This document shows positions 17,827-27,574 of a DNA stretch of 64,000 nt, piece after piece (within the stretch, counting starts at the first letter, position 1; the number at the start of each line of letters is the position of its first letter). The notes below the pieces were generated by a model. The model had not been told where the DNA came from. It did no database searches and saw only the letters and a list, made by a program, of their open reading frames with translations. The translations under genes and the position numbers were made by a program. Location of the stretch: the IMG/VR virus record IMGVR_UViG_3300035703_000005, positions 1-64,000 of that record; one strand, written 5' to 3'.

Positions 17827-18569
17827 TGCAAAAATCCAGAATCCTCATATGTTTTTGACATAGTGTAATATTTCTTGGGATTTTTGAATGTTTTGTGAAT
17901 ATCAAAATCTTTACGTTCAAATTGAATATGCATATATTTTGCAAACTCTATATTTTGAACGTATGTTAGATGATTTTTTCTAACGTTAAAGTCTTCGGCA
18001 AGAAAAAAACATTGACCAAACATTTTTTTTGAAAATTGCATCATATCTACCAGAGTCACATTAGTAATTCCTTTAGTTTTTCTAAAATTAAAACATTCAA
18101 CATTAATTGAATCTGGTCTTTTTAGTTTAACACTATCTCTCATAGCGAGATTTAATAACACATTATTATGTGGATATAAATTCATAAATTGGTGTTGATA
18201 AACCGTCCACTTTTTTAAGTTTTCATTTAATTCTGGAAAATATTTTCGAAGAGGTTTGTTTTTAAACATCAAAAGTTGAGTTTCAAAACAATTTTCTAAA
18301 GTCCAATCGCAGGATAAAGATATATGATGATTTATCTTTAAAGTATTTGGATTTTCAGAAACTAAACTACTTCTTTTATTGGAACTCCATAAAAAAATAA
18401 TACGATCATATTTTTCATGAGTTTCTAAAAATCTTAGATACGAAAAGTCAGCACTGGTAGATGAAACTGCAAAAATATCTATAGAACTTGATTTTACCAA
18501 GTTTGCAAAATATTTTGGCCATCCATCATATTCTCTTCCAAAACTGTCTCCGTATATAGCTATTTTCAT
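17823..18569 (-). CDS. SGNH/GDSL-like protein, paralog B
   Basis: Same MKIAIYGDSF start and collinear motifs as paralog A. Confidence 0.55.
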   Translation of the reverse strand: MKIAIYGDSFGREYDGWPKYFANLVKSSSIDIFAVSSTSADFSYLRFLETHEKYDRIIFLWSSNKRSSLVSENPNTLKINHHISLSCDWTLENCFETQLLMFKNKPLRKYFPELNENLKKWTVYQHQFMNLYPHNNVLLNLAMRDSVKLKRPDSINVECFNFRKTKGITNVTLVDMMQFSKKMFGQCFFLAEDFNVRKNHLTYVQNIEFAKYMHIQFERKDFDIHKTFKNPKKYYTMSKTYEDSGFLQ

Positions 18570-18613
18570 TAGTAGGAGTTTGTGAAATCTCTTTATTAAT
18601 TTATAATCGAAAA

Positions 18614-18784
18614 TTAATCTGCATCAACTTCACCACGCAATTCTGCAAGTTTTGCAGTTGCAAAACATTCGACCGCAGTCCAATATACTTCACCACTCAT
18701 GGGAAAAAATTCATCAACAAAATGAGCTGCACAATCTTCCTGAAATTCACGAAGTTCTTGCAGAGTGTTACGATCAATGTGCAT
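18614..18784 (-). CDS. Hypothetical protein (56 aa), not in ORF track
   Basis: Hand translation MHIDRNTLQELREFQEDCAAHFVDEFFPMSGEVYWTAVECFATAKLAELRGEVDAD; behind a sigma70 promoter. Confidence 0.7.
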   Translation of the reverse strand: MHIDRNTLQELREFQEDCAAHFVDEFFPMSGEVYWTAVECFATAKLAELRGEVDAD

Positions 18785-18810
18785 GTAAGGGCGGTTGAGA
18801 GAACGACCTT

Positions 18811-18866
18811 ATCATATCAAGATGTGTAGGCGGTGTCAAGGGGGGGTGTGGACAGTTTTCCAACTG
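18811..18866 (-). promoter_or_regulatory. Sigma70-type early promoter with upstream CAGTT-N4-AACTG palindrome
   Basis: TTGACA 18839-18834, 17-nt spacer, TATGAT 18816-18811; palindrome 18853-18866. Confidence 0.7.
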
Positions 18867-18867
18867 G

Positions 18868-20553
18868 CTATTCGAATTCAGTGAAATCTGTATTTTCTAA
18901 GGTTGTAATTTGAGTCATTAATTTATTAATTTCTGCAGTTAGAAATCCCATTCCTCTTCTCAATGACCAGGCAGTATTTTCTTTATCATCACGAACATCA
19001 CGAAGTACTCCAGAAGCATTGGCGTAATAATTAATTATGGGTAATTTTTCGGCAATAACTGCATTCATATTTGCTTCTGCAGCAGTAATGTTCGAATTAT
19101 AAGTATTACAAGTTGCAGTGCTAGCCGCACCTGGTGGTTTTGCACTAGTAGTTGTAATTACGGACTGTGGTGTGGTTAGCCCTAATCCAATCACTACTGT
19201 AGTTCCTTCTGGTTTATACTGAAAAGTATAACTCACCACCGTTCCACCAACAACGGTAGGAACATTGAGTCCAGGCCAACTTGCAGCACCAATATAATAT
19301 GGTGCAAAACCAGCTCCTACTGGAGGTTCTGGGTCAATAACTTCTCTCCAATAGGTTACTACATCTGGATCCCCATTGTTAATTATTTTCAAACTATGAC
19401 CATATCCTATTTTTGATTCATTTTTTATAAGAGATATTTCTACAGGATCGGATCCACTCTTAGTGTAATCAAAAGTTTCATCTATACTTGCATCATTTCT
19501 AATAATTACAAATTTTGCATTTGTTCCACCTGAAGGACTTGTAGTACTGATGAAGATGGTTGGATAAAAGGTTACAATTCCGACTCCAAAAGATCCTAAT
19601 GTAGTGGATGCTATTGCAGGTTTACTTAGAATAATAGTATTTACTGTAGCAGTAGCAACTCCAGATACACCTTCATCGTTTACAATTTGTATTTCAGTAG
19701 TAGTTGTTCCAAAACCAACAACTACTGTATCTGATGATGTTACACCAACACGAATGATTCTATCTCCAGTAGAAATTCCTGTAGTTACAATTCCCTGACC
19801 AGTGTGTATTAGGATTGTAGATCCTATTGAAATATCTGCACCAAAAGTTGTTGAAAATCCAATTATAGAAGTAGAACCAAATCCTACTACTTCTGGGAGA
19901 TTTCCTATCGAAAAAATACTTGGACTTTCCAGATCATCTGAGATAGTATCTCCAATCTCTATATTATCTAATGCGGTTGAACTTGAATCATTAACAACAA
20001 TATATGTACTACCTATACCCACAGATCCATCTGGTATTTCTTTTACTAGGTTTGCTCCATAATCTCTATTATGAGGTCTCTTATAATATTTTGCACCATA
20101 GTAATTAATTTGACGATATTGATCTGGGTCTTTTTGAACTTGCCAATATTGATATGTAACTAAAGTTGGACCCGAACTTCCAAAAATACTTGTTCTTTTT
20201 ACTTCTCCAGTCTTTACCCATTTCAAATTGCTTAAACAATTATCCGATATTCTTATATCATAAGCTTGTTTCACGGGAGTAATTGCGGTATTGATATCTT
20301 CAATTAGTCCTGGAATTTTTTTATCCATTTCAACTATTAACTTGTCATAACCATCAATAGTTACATCTGTTAATAGAAGGATGTCATTAATAGATTCTCT
20401 TTGATTTATTTTTTGTTGTTTATCATCCTTTAATGAATCTATAATACTTCTAGAAGTATTAGTACCTCTTGTCAATCCTAAAGAAGATCTTATCAGATCT
20501 GAAGCTTCAGGTCCCGTTGTTGATATACTTGTGGTTCCTATTCCTATAGTCAT
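18868..20553 (-). CDS. Virion structural protein, baseplate-associated
   Basis: 561 aa, T/S/G/V-rich; last gene of the gp26-gp5 late block. Confidence 0.55.
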   Translation of the reverse strand: MTIGIGTTSISTTGPEASDLIRSSLGLTRGTNTSRSIIDSLKDDKQQKINQRESINDILLLTDVTIDGYDKLIVEMDKKIPGLIEDINTAITPVKQAYDIRISDNCLSNLKWVKTGEVKRTSIFGSSGPTLVTYQYWQVQKDPDQYRQINYYGAKYYKRPHNRDYGANLVKEIPDGSVGIGSTYIVVNDSSSTALDNIEIGDTISDDLESPSIFSIGNLPEVVGFGSTSIIGFSTTFGADISIGSTILIHTGQGIVTTGISTGDRIIRVGVTSSDTVVVGFGTTTTEIQIVNDEGVSGVATATVNTIILSKPAIASTTLGSFGVGIVTFYPTIFISTTSPSGGTNAKFVIIRNDASIDETFDYTKSGSDPVEISLIKNESKIGYGHSLKIINNGDPDVVTYWREVIDPEPPVGAGFAPYYIGAASWPGLNVPTVVGGTVVSYTFQYKPEGTTVVIGLGLTTPQSVITTTSAKPPGAASTATCNTYNSNITAAEANMNAVIAEKLPIINYYANASGVLRDVRDDKENTAWSLRRGMGFLTAEINKLMTQITTLENTDFTEFE

Positions 20554-21353
20554 TATTGTTTATACTCCACTTCAAGTTTTTCTACGTCAATTCTTTCAGC
20601 GTAAATAATATAACTACAATCAATTGATCCGCCTGTATTATTTACTATGTTTATTTTTCTTCCCCATTCTATATTTTTTACATATAATTCTTGATAGAAT
20701 GTATGTGAAGTTAGATTCACCGTAATTGTTTCTGGGTCTATTAAGTTATTCCAGTAATCTGGCAATTCTATTACATTATTTCCAATCAATCTACCTCTGT
20801 AATAGACCCCTATTTCCGGACCTTCCAAACAAGAATGTTTAAGTCTCATTCCCAGTTTATTTGGGTGGGGAATATCAAATAGTTTAAAGGGAGCAGCAAC
20901 AGAAGCAAACTGACCAAAAGCAGCTTCAATCCTAGGAGTAATTATCTTTGTTGCAGTTAGGGTTCTATCGACAATTACAGTATTAAATGTATTAAATTTT
21001 GTCCCTTGATTCATTCCATTTTTTATATTAATGGAATTACTCAAACTTAAGGCATTTCTTATCGTAACCCCAATTTTTGAAGTTAATCCTGTTACATTTG
21101 AAACCGCAGCTCTGTTAACAACTCCAAAAACATTCGTAATACCTACAATTTCCAAAGAAACTGGAATACCTGGAGCTAAAGGTGGTCCGATCATGCAACC
21201 AGCTCTAGGAACTCCTGCAGAAATTGTTGCACCAATATAAACCGGTCCGTTTAACACAGTAACACCAGGAAGTGCTCTGGTACTAATATCTAAGAAAGAT
21301 GTGTCTAGTTGTCCTACTATGAGTTTATCGAAATTTTCGATAGATCCGAACAT
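20553..21353 (-). CDS. Tail spike-associated structural protein
   Basis: Beta-rich; C-terminal FDIPHP...LKHSCLEGPE.GVYYRG motif seen in phage tail proteins; two genes downstream of gp5. Confidence 0.55.
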   Translation of the reverse strand: MFGSIENFDKLIVGQLDTSFLDISTRALPGVTVLNGPVYIGATISAGVPRAGCMIGPPLAPGIPVSLEIVGITNVFGVVNRAAVSNVTGLTSKIGVTIRNALSLSNSINIKNGMNQGTKFNTFNTVIVDRTLTATKIITPRIEAAFGQFASVAAPFKLFDIPHPNKLGMRLKHSCLEGPEIGVYYRGRLIGNNVIELPDYWNNLIDPETITVNLTSHTFYQELYVKNIEWGRKINIVNNTGGSIDCSYIIYAERIDVEKLEVEYKQ

Positions 21354-21365
21354 AATTTATTTTAC

Positions 21366-21932
21366 CTATGTAAGAAATTTTTGAACTTTAGTTAACACAG
21401 ATAAAATTTTACCTATACTAAATCCTTGGAACAAATCTGATAATACACCTCTGGCTAGTTGTATGCCTCCAGCTAATTCTATTACTTGAGCAACAAGAGT
21501 AATATTATTTGAACCCAAAATAGTCGTATTAGTTGATTGAATATTGGTAACTGGAGCCTTTAGATTCATAATCTTGGGTGAGTTCAAAGTAACTTCACCA
21601 TTTCCATCAGTAGATTCAATTCTAATATTTTTGCCTCTAATTATCACATCTCCACTCATAGCCTCGATGACTATATCACCAGTCTGTGTTCTAATAATTT
21701 TGGCGGGTTGTTTATCTGGAACTGGTTTATTTGGATCACATCCAGATATTTCATAAGAAACTTGTTTGCACTGTTCGTAGTAATTGCCGTTTTGCAAAAA
21801 CATAAACCCCTGACCATTGTCAGTGGTTATCGAATAATCAATAGTCTGCTTCAAGATTTGATCTCTTGTTCCAGATTTTACTACATATCCAGGTTTCTTT
21901 TCGTAATATTCTTTAGGATGATTGTCTGTCAT
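21366..21932 (-). CDS. gp5 C-terminal-like short beta-helix protein
   Basis: GDIVIEAMSGDVIIRGKNIRIES-type beta repeats directly after gp5. Confidence 0.5.
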   Translation of the reverse strand: MTDNHPKEYYEKKPGYVVKSGTRDQILKQTIDYSITTDNGQGFMFLQNGNYYEQCKQVSYEISGCDPNKPVPDKQPAKIIRTQTGDIVIEAMSGDVIIRGKNIRIESTDGNGEVTLNSPKIMNLKAPVTNIQSTNTTILGSNNITLVAQVIELAGGIQLARGVLSDLFQGFSIGKILSVLTKVQKFLT

Positions 21933-21935
21933 TTT

Positions 21936-24194
21936 TTACACACACTGAACTACTGATTTAATTTCATCTGTTCCAATTCCAGTTCTTAAATCTGGGTTAT
22001 CAACAATATATTGTGGAACATACTGAACTACTGGATATAATTCCGCACCTTCTCCTGTATTTGTATTTATTACCACTGGTGGAACTGACTTAAATTCGGT
22101 AGAACAATAATTCGCTGAAGTAACTCCTATGATAGATCCATTTTTGGAAAGAATTGGACCATAAACGCAGTTTCCAATGTTTATAGTATCTCCAGATGTA
22201 TAACCAACACCGGGTCTTTCCACAATGACATTAGTTACTATACCAACGGGAGTACTTGATACTCCAACAATTCTTCTAGTTTGTTGCGTAGTTGTTCTTT
22301 GTACTGTTGACGACTCTGGTGTTATTTCAGTTTCTACTACAGGTTCAGTTAAATTTGTTTGGCAATATCCAGACCCCACACTTCTTAAGTAGATTGCTGA
22401 AATATTTCCGTTAGGATTTATTACACTTGTAGCTTCTGCTCCAGATCCGTAATTGGAATTATCTACTATAGAAACTCTTGGTGGATATGTGTAACCTCTT
22501 CCTGGATCATCTACTCGAATCGTAAGTAAAGATCCGTCCGTTGGAGATACTACAGCAGTTGCTCTTGCTCCAATACCGTCACCAGAAATAATAATTTCTG
22601 GTGGAATACAATTATAAAATCTTACTCCAAATGGCAATGGACCCAAATCTGTTTGTGTTAGTGGATTAATAATTCTAGATCTGCAATCTCTAAAAGGAGT
22701 ATCTCCAGATCCAAATATAGAGAGATATCCTAAAGTTTCATCAATATTGTTTCCTAATCCATTAAGAATGTCAATAGTTCCAATTGAATTTGCCCAACTA
22801 TCTGGAGGGGGAAATTTAATTCCATTAAAAGGATCATATTCTGAGGTTGATTGACATTGAAGAGAGTCACAATCTAAGAAACTTAATAATTGATTTAAAA
22901 TATTTACTGCACCCCTCATTGTACCAACAATACCACTAATTCCCCCAGATAACCACTCCAACCCAGATAAAACAGTTCCAAGAGCACCATCAATTATATC
23001 TGCAAGTTTTTGAATTAATGCTCCAGCTAGTTCTTCTGTTGCACATCTAGGAATGTTGGGACTTTTTCCTAATATTCCACTTAAAAGACTTATAATAAAG
23101 TCTAATAATGGTCCAAAAATTTTTTCAAACAGACAAAAAATAATATTAAGAACTTGTTTTCCAGCTTCAGAAACTTGCAATTGTTGTGGTTTGGGAATTA
23201 CTAGAGCGATCAAATCTCTAAACAAATTACCAACAAGTTTCATAACCATATCTCTCATTCCATTGATAACCAATTTCATGATTGATGCTATTGATCTCGC
23301 AACTCTTCTAATAAATTGTTCAATATCAACAATTGAGTTTCTTATTGGATCGATAAAACCTAAAGCAGTTTTTTCTAATCCATTAACAAATCCAATAAAA
23401 CTTTGAAGGGTATTGGTAAGTTGTGCGAGAATATTGTCACCACAACCATTTGAACTTTGAATTGCCCCAGCATCCCTAAAAGGTTTTAAAAATGCACCCA
23501 AAGAAGCATCATCCAAAAATAATTGATCCGTAACAACACCCTGATATGAAAAATTTGAACCAGAGTTACTTTGAGTGTTTGGTGTGAGTGGAGAAAAATC
23601 TGGAGATACGCTCAAACTTTCGGCAGTGTCTATACCGAATTGAGGATTACTTTGCATTGTAAATGCAGACCCAGAATCAACCGTGTTTTGATTAACTGGG
23701 TTAACTGTTCCCTGTTGGTTTGCGTATTGTCTTGTTAATCCTGTTTTGAAATTACCTTTCATTCCCGTAAAAGGTTTGAATGGTCCTGGTTCTTTTGCAT
23801 TTTTAACTGCTTGTGTCCTATAAAAACAGGACATGATGACAGGTTGTTGACCCTCTTCACCATCCAAAAAGAAACCTAATACAGATTCTCCACCAACAAG
23901 TGTTGGAATTTTTCCAAACCCACCCTGACCTGGAGCTCCATCTGAAGCACTCGTTAAAACATGAGCCCATGGCAGATCTTTATCTGGAAGAATATTACTA
24001 TCAAATGAGTGGTATCCAATTATCCTAACTTTTACTCGATATGCCCAACTATTTTCTTTTTTATTTGATTCTAATTTTCCATCTACTCTTGATTTTTCGT
24101 CACGCCAAACTTGTGGATCTGCGACTTGTCCGATCCACCATACAAAACCATCTTTTCCGATAAAGTTTGACTTTAATAAAGATTCTTCAATCAT
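21936..24194 (-). CDS. gp5: Baseplate hub spike protein gp5 (OB-fold N-terminus, no lysozyme domain seen)
   Basis: GFVWWIGQV...YRVKVRIIGYH...LPWAHV...GESVLGFFLDGEEGQQPVIM. Confidence 0.85.
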   Translation of the reverse strand: MIEESLLKSNFIGKDGFVWWIGQVADPQVWRDEKSRVDGKLESNKKENSWAYRVKVRIIGYHSFDSNILPDKDLPWAHVLTSASDGAPGQGGFGKIPTLVGGESVLGFFLDGEEGQQPVIMSCFYRTQAVKNAKEPGPFKPFTGMKGNFKTGLTRQYANQQGTVNPVNQNTVDSGSAFTMQSNPQFGIDTAESLSVSPDFSPLTPNTQSNSGSNFSYQGVVTDQLFLDDASLGAFLKPFRDAGAIQSSNGCGDNILAQLTNTLQSFIGFVNGLEKTALGFIDPIRNSIVDIEQFIRRVARSIASIMKLVINGMRDMVMKLVGNLFRDLIALVIPKPQQLQVSEAGKQVLNIIFCLFEKIFGPLLDFIISLLSGILGKSPNIPRCATEELAGALIQKLADIIDGALGTVLSGLEWLSGGISGIVGTMRGAVNILNQLLSFLDCDSLQCQSTSEYDPFNGIKFPPPDSWANSIGTIDILNGLGNNIDETLGYLSIFGSGDTPFRDCRSRIINPLTQTDLGPLPFGVRFYNCIPPEIIISGDGIGARATAVVSPTDGSLLTIRVDDPGRGYTYPPRVSIVDNSNYGSGAEATSVINPNGNISAIYLRSVGSGYCQTNLTEPVVETEITPESSTVQRTTTQQTRRIVGVSSTPVGIVTNVIVERPGVGYTSGDTINIGNCVYGPILSKNGSIIGVTSANYCSTEFKSVPPVVINTNTGEGAELYPVVQYVPQYIVDNPDLRTGIGTDEIKSVVQCV

Positions 24195-24406
24195 CAGCTT
24201 TCGTAAATTCTACACTCTAGTGCATCTGGATTTAGTTCACAAAACAATTCCAAGGGAGTTGGGTCATGATCATCGTCCGGATGATTTAATTTATAAGTCT
24301 CAAGAGATTCTAGTTCTTCTTGAGTATGTCTTCTTGCTTGTGGGGAAGTAATTGGATTGTCAAGAATGTCTTTATCCTTGGCAATATGTTCGTCTATGTT
24401 TTTCAT
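24194..24406 (-). CDS. cp12: CP12 Calvin-cycle inhibitor, phage type
   Basis: C-terminal HDPTPLELFCELNPDALECRIYE with the CP12 C-terminal Cys pair. Confidence 0.85.
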   Translation of the reverse strand: MKNIDEHIAKDKDILDNPITSPQARRHTQEELESLETYKLNHPDDDHDPTPLELFCELNPDALECRIYES

Positions 24407-24408
24407 GA

Positions 24409-25677
24409 TTAGTATAGTCCGTAGGAGTCTCTAATAAGTTTAAGAGAAGTTACCACTTGTCCACCCTCAAAGTGATGTCTAAGTTCTTTAATCAAGTATT
24501 TTCCACTTTGTTCTTCATCTACAGTAGATCTTTTAGTTGAATCTACTTTAGGAAAATGTGCTTCTATGACATCGCCAGCTTTAAGATTAATATTGCAGGG
24601 AACTACCATATTTAGTGACTGAGTAAACAATAAGTTATACCTCGAAAAAGATTTAGCCATATCAGTATTATCTCTACCAGAACTACCTGCAATATCATTT
24701 GGATCTAAAGTTCCTCGATCACTAGTCCTAACTAAAATTCTTGAAAAAGATTCACCAAAACCCTCCGGAATACTTAATTCTTCTTGAGCTCCCAATTTAC
24801 TTTTGATTTCATCCTTCAAGTAATAACCATAAATGTCTACTTTATTTTCATATAAATCATAAAAGTAAGTTTTGTTGGCATACATACCAACTCTTAAGGA
24901 CTTCATTAAATCTATATTTTTCTCTACATTATAGTTAAGAATTGTAAAGTTCGCAGCATTTGATTGATGTTCTATTACGGAATTATAGGTATATTTTGGA
25001 ACAGAACCTTGTGATTTAGTTGCAGACACTAATTTTTCTATACTTTTAAAATTAAATCCTTCCTTATTTTCGTAAAATAAGAATCCAGCAACACCTTTTG
25101 CTTGAGATCCTCTAGTCCCAGATGAAGTATTATCTGGTATTCCTTTTGGACCCAACCAAGTTAAAATGTGGAATGGTTTTTTCTGATTTCCTATGAAAGA
25201 GTAAGAATTAGAAGTTTTTTCTATATTTTCACTCTGAAATTTGTTGGTGCGCAAAATATCTCTAAGAATTGAAGTTACATGTTCATTAATTGGAACTTTT
25301 TGATATTTCTTCTCTACTCTAGAAGTTTCATTTGTAAGTCCTTCTCTGGATACTAAGTTCAAAGTAAACTGTTCACTAACTCCATTTGATACATAATTAC
25401 TAACTTTGTAAACATACATTCCATCATCACCGTCAAGAATAAAATTACCTGTGGCCACAGATAAATCTAGAATTACCTTTTCTCCACCACGAATCGGCAA
25501 TCCATGAACTAAACTGTTAGACATTGCAACATTAATTGTCATGGTAACGCAGGGTGAAAGAATATCTTCAAAATAATCTATAGACAATACACTATTTGTG
25601 ATATCAATTCTTTTTTTCCCGTCAAGAGAAAAAATTTCAAGGGCGTTATATTTTAAACCTGCTACTGCCTGTGACAT
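24409..25677 (-). CDS. Putative baseplate hub protein, gp27-like
   Basis: 422 aa; EDILSP, GFLFYENKEGFNFKS, SGKYLIKELRHHF; position next to gp5. Confidence 0.55.
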   Translation of the reverse strand: MSQAVAGLKYNALEIFSLDGKKRIDITNSVLSIDYFEDILSPCVTMTINVAMSNSLVHGLPIRGGEKVILDLSVATGNFILDGDDGMYVYKVSNYVSNGVSEQFTLNLVSREGLTNETSRVEKKYQKVPINEHVTSILRDILRTNKFQSENIEKTSNSYSFIGNQKKPFHILTWLGPKGIPDNTSSGTRGSQAKGVAGFLFYENKEGFNFKSIEKLVSATKSQGSVPKYTYNSVIEHQSNAANFTILNYNVEKNIDLMKSLRVGMYANKTYFYDLYENKVDIYGYYLKDEIKSKLGAQEELSIPEGFGESFSRILVRTSDRGTLDPNDIAGSSGRDNTDMAKSFSRYNLLFTQSLNMVVPCNINLKAGDVIEAHFPKVDSTKRSTVDEEQSGKYLIKELRHHFEGGQVVTSLKLIRDSYGLY

Positions 25678-25678
25678 G

Positions 25679-27574
25679 TTATGTTGATGAAAGGGATGTT
25701 AAGAGAATGTTCTTCATTAAACTATTTAACACCTGACCTTCAGTTGGACCAGGCAAAACTATGGTTTCAGATCCTCCAGGAGAAGATATAACCATTGGAG
25801 TTTGATTATTGCCACCCTGAGAAATTGGAATGAGAGTAATACTCGATTGTGGTAAATTATAGGTAGGATATTGTTGTATTTGTTGTGGAATAGTTTTTTG
25901 AATTGTTGTCGATGCGTATACTGTAGGTGGAGGAGAAATGTAAGACTGTCTAGACCTCTGTGTTGCTTCAATAGAAGAAATTAATACTTTTCTTTCTAAA
26001 TCTTCTCCACTTAATCCCTGAAGTTCTGCGGATTCTCTTGCTTGTGTTGCAGCAGCAAAAACCGTGGGATCAGAAGCACCAGTTCTAGCTGGATCCATCA
26101 TCCCCCTCAATCTATCTGTTGGCATATTGGATAAATCTTGTCTAGAGATAGGTTCAGATTTTTGTTGTGTTATGGGGTTACCTGCTACATTTTGTTGAGG
26201 TTTTACTGTGGGTTTTACCCTAATATTTCCCCCAAATCTAAAAACTCTGTCTTGATATGGAGTAGGATCTGTTGTCTTTCCATTTACATCAACTTCAAAG
26301 TGTAAATGTGGCCCTGTGGATTGTCCTGTTGATCCTACAGTTCCTATTACTGTTCCTGGAGTTATTTGTTGTCCTGGTCTCACGTTGACGGAGTTTAAGT
26401 GAGCATAAAAACTACTAATTCCTCCTGGATGATCGACTTTTACTTGATTTCCATATCCGTTGCGAACAAATCCAGCATTTGCAACAACACCTGGTTGAAT
26501 TACACTCACTGGAGTTCCTGAAGGCATAGGGTAATCATTACCTCTATGCATTCTCATCCCACCTCTAATTGGATGAGATCTCATTCCATACCTAGATCCC
26601 AACTTGGAACTTGGTAAAGAACCTCCAGATGCCTCAAGATCTTGCATTGTTCCCCCAAGTCCACTACTACTAGTATCCCTATCTCCATATTGATCATTTT
26701 CCATTACCTCTTCAGAGTCACTAATCTGTTCATTGACATCTTTACTAGATTCATCTCTTGTTCCAAAAGTTCCTAAAGAAGTTGTTCTTTGAAATTGAGT
26801 TACTACATTATCGAATTTGTCTAATACTTCTGAAAAAGTAACTTTTCTTGTTGCTTCAATTGCTAATTGTTTTTGTCTCTGTTCTTCTTGTTTTAATTTT
26901 ACTGTTGTTTTTTGTTTACCTTCTTTAGTTGCTGCTTCATAAGCTCTATCTGCTAGATAACCACCAGCAAATGCACCTAGACCTCCAACAGCGGCACCAA
27001 GAACAAATCCTAATCCAGGTATAGGGACAAGACCCTGACCTATCATGCCCGCCGTTATGGCACCAGCAAGAGCACCTCCTGCAGCTGCACCAGCTGCAGC
27101 TCCAGCAGCAGATCCAACAGCACCAGCTCCGGCTTTACCTACAGATTCACCTTGAGATAACCCTTGAGCAAAGTCCAATCCGGCAAGTAATGGTGTTAAA
27201 ACTCCTAAAGCTCTGACTCCAGAAATTCTTACTCTTCCTCCTTTTTGTATTGGTTTTCCCGTCTTTGGTGGTGGTTGTTTTTTATCTCTACCAAAAAAAT
27301 CACCAACAAAAGATCCTGCATCAAGAGCACCACTTGCCAATCCACTTAATAGATTTCCAGCATTTCCAAATGTAGATGTTATATTGGCTTTTAAAGCTTT
27401 TTTTAATTTTTTGTCATTAAATTTAATATTTGTAAGTTGTTGCGTTTCTATGTCCATAAAACGCAAAAAATCTTGATAATTTCTTTGAGTTTTTTTCATT
27501 ACACTCGTAGATCTATCAAGATTGATGATCTTATTTGCTGCTTCGAGTAGGGGAGAAGAAATAGGTTTTTCCAT
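25679..27574 (-). CDS. Tail/hub structural protein with M23 metallopeptidase domain
   Basis: MHRGNDY (HxxxD) and GPHLHFEV (HxH); Gly/Ala-rich membrane-like stretch. Confidence 0.85.
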   Translation of the reverse strand: MEKPISSPLLEAANKIINLDRSTSVMKKTQRNYQDFLRFMDIETQQLTNIKFNDKKLKKALKANITSTFGNAGNLLSGLASGALDAGSFVGDFFGRDKKQPPPKTGKPIQKGGRVRISGVRALGVLTPLLAGLDFAQGLSQGESVGKAGAGAVGSAAGAAAGAAAGGALAGAITAGMIGQGLVPIPGLGFVLGAAVGGLGAFAGGYLADRAYEAATKEGKQKTTVKLKQEEQRQKQLAIEATRKVTFSEVLDKFDNVVTQFQRTTSLGTFGTRDESSKDVNEQISDSEEVMENDQYGDRDTSSSGLGGTMQDLEASGGSLPSSKLGSRYGMRSHPIRGGMRMHRGNDYPMPSGTPVSVIQPGVVANAGFVRNGYGNQVKVDHPGGISSFYAHLNSVNVRPGQQITPGTVIGTVGSTGQSTGPHLHFEVDVNGKTTDPTPYQDRVFRFGGNIRVKPTVKPQQNVAGNPITQQKSEPISRQDLSNMPTDRLRGMMDPARTGASDPTVFAAATQARESAELQGLSGEDLERKVLISSIEATQRSRQSYISPPPTVYASTTIQKTIPQQIQQYPTYNLPQSSITLIPISQGGNNQTPMVISSPGGSETIVLPGPTEGQVLNSLMKNILLTSLSST

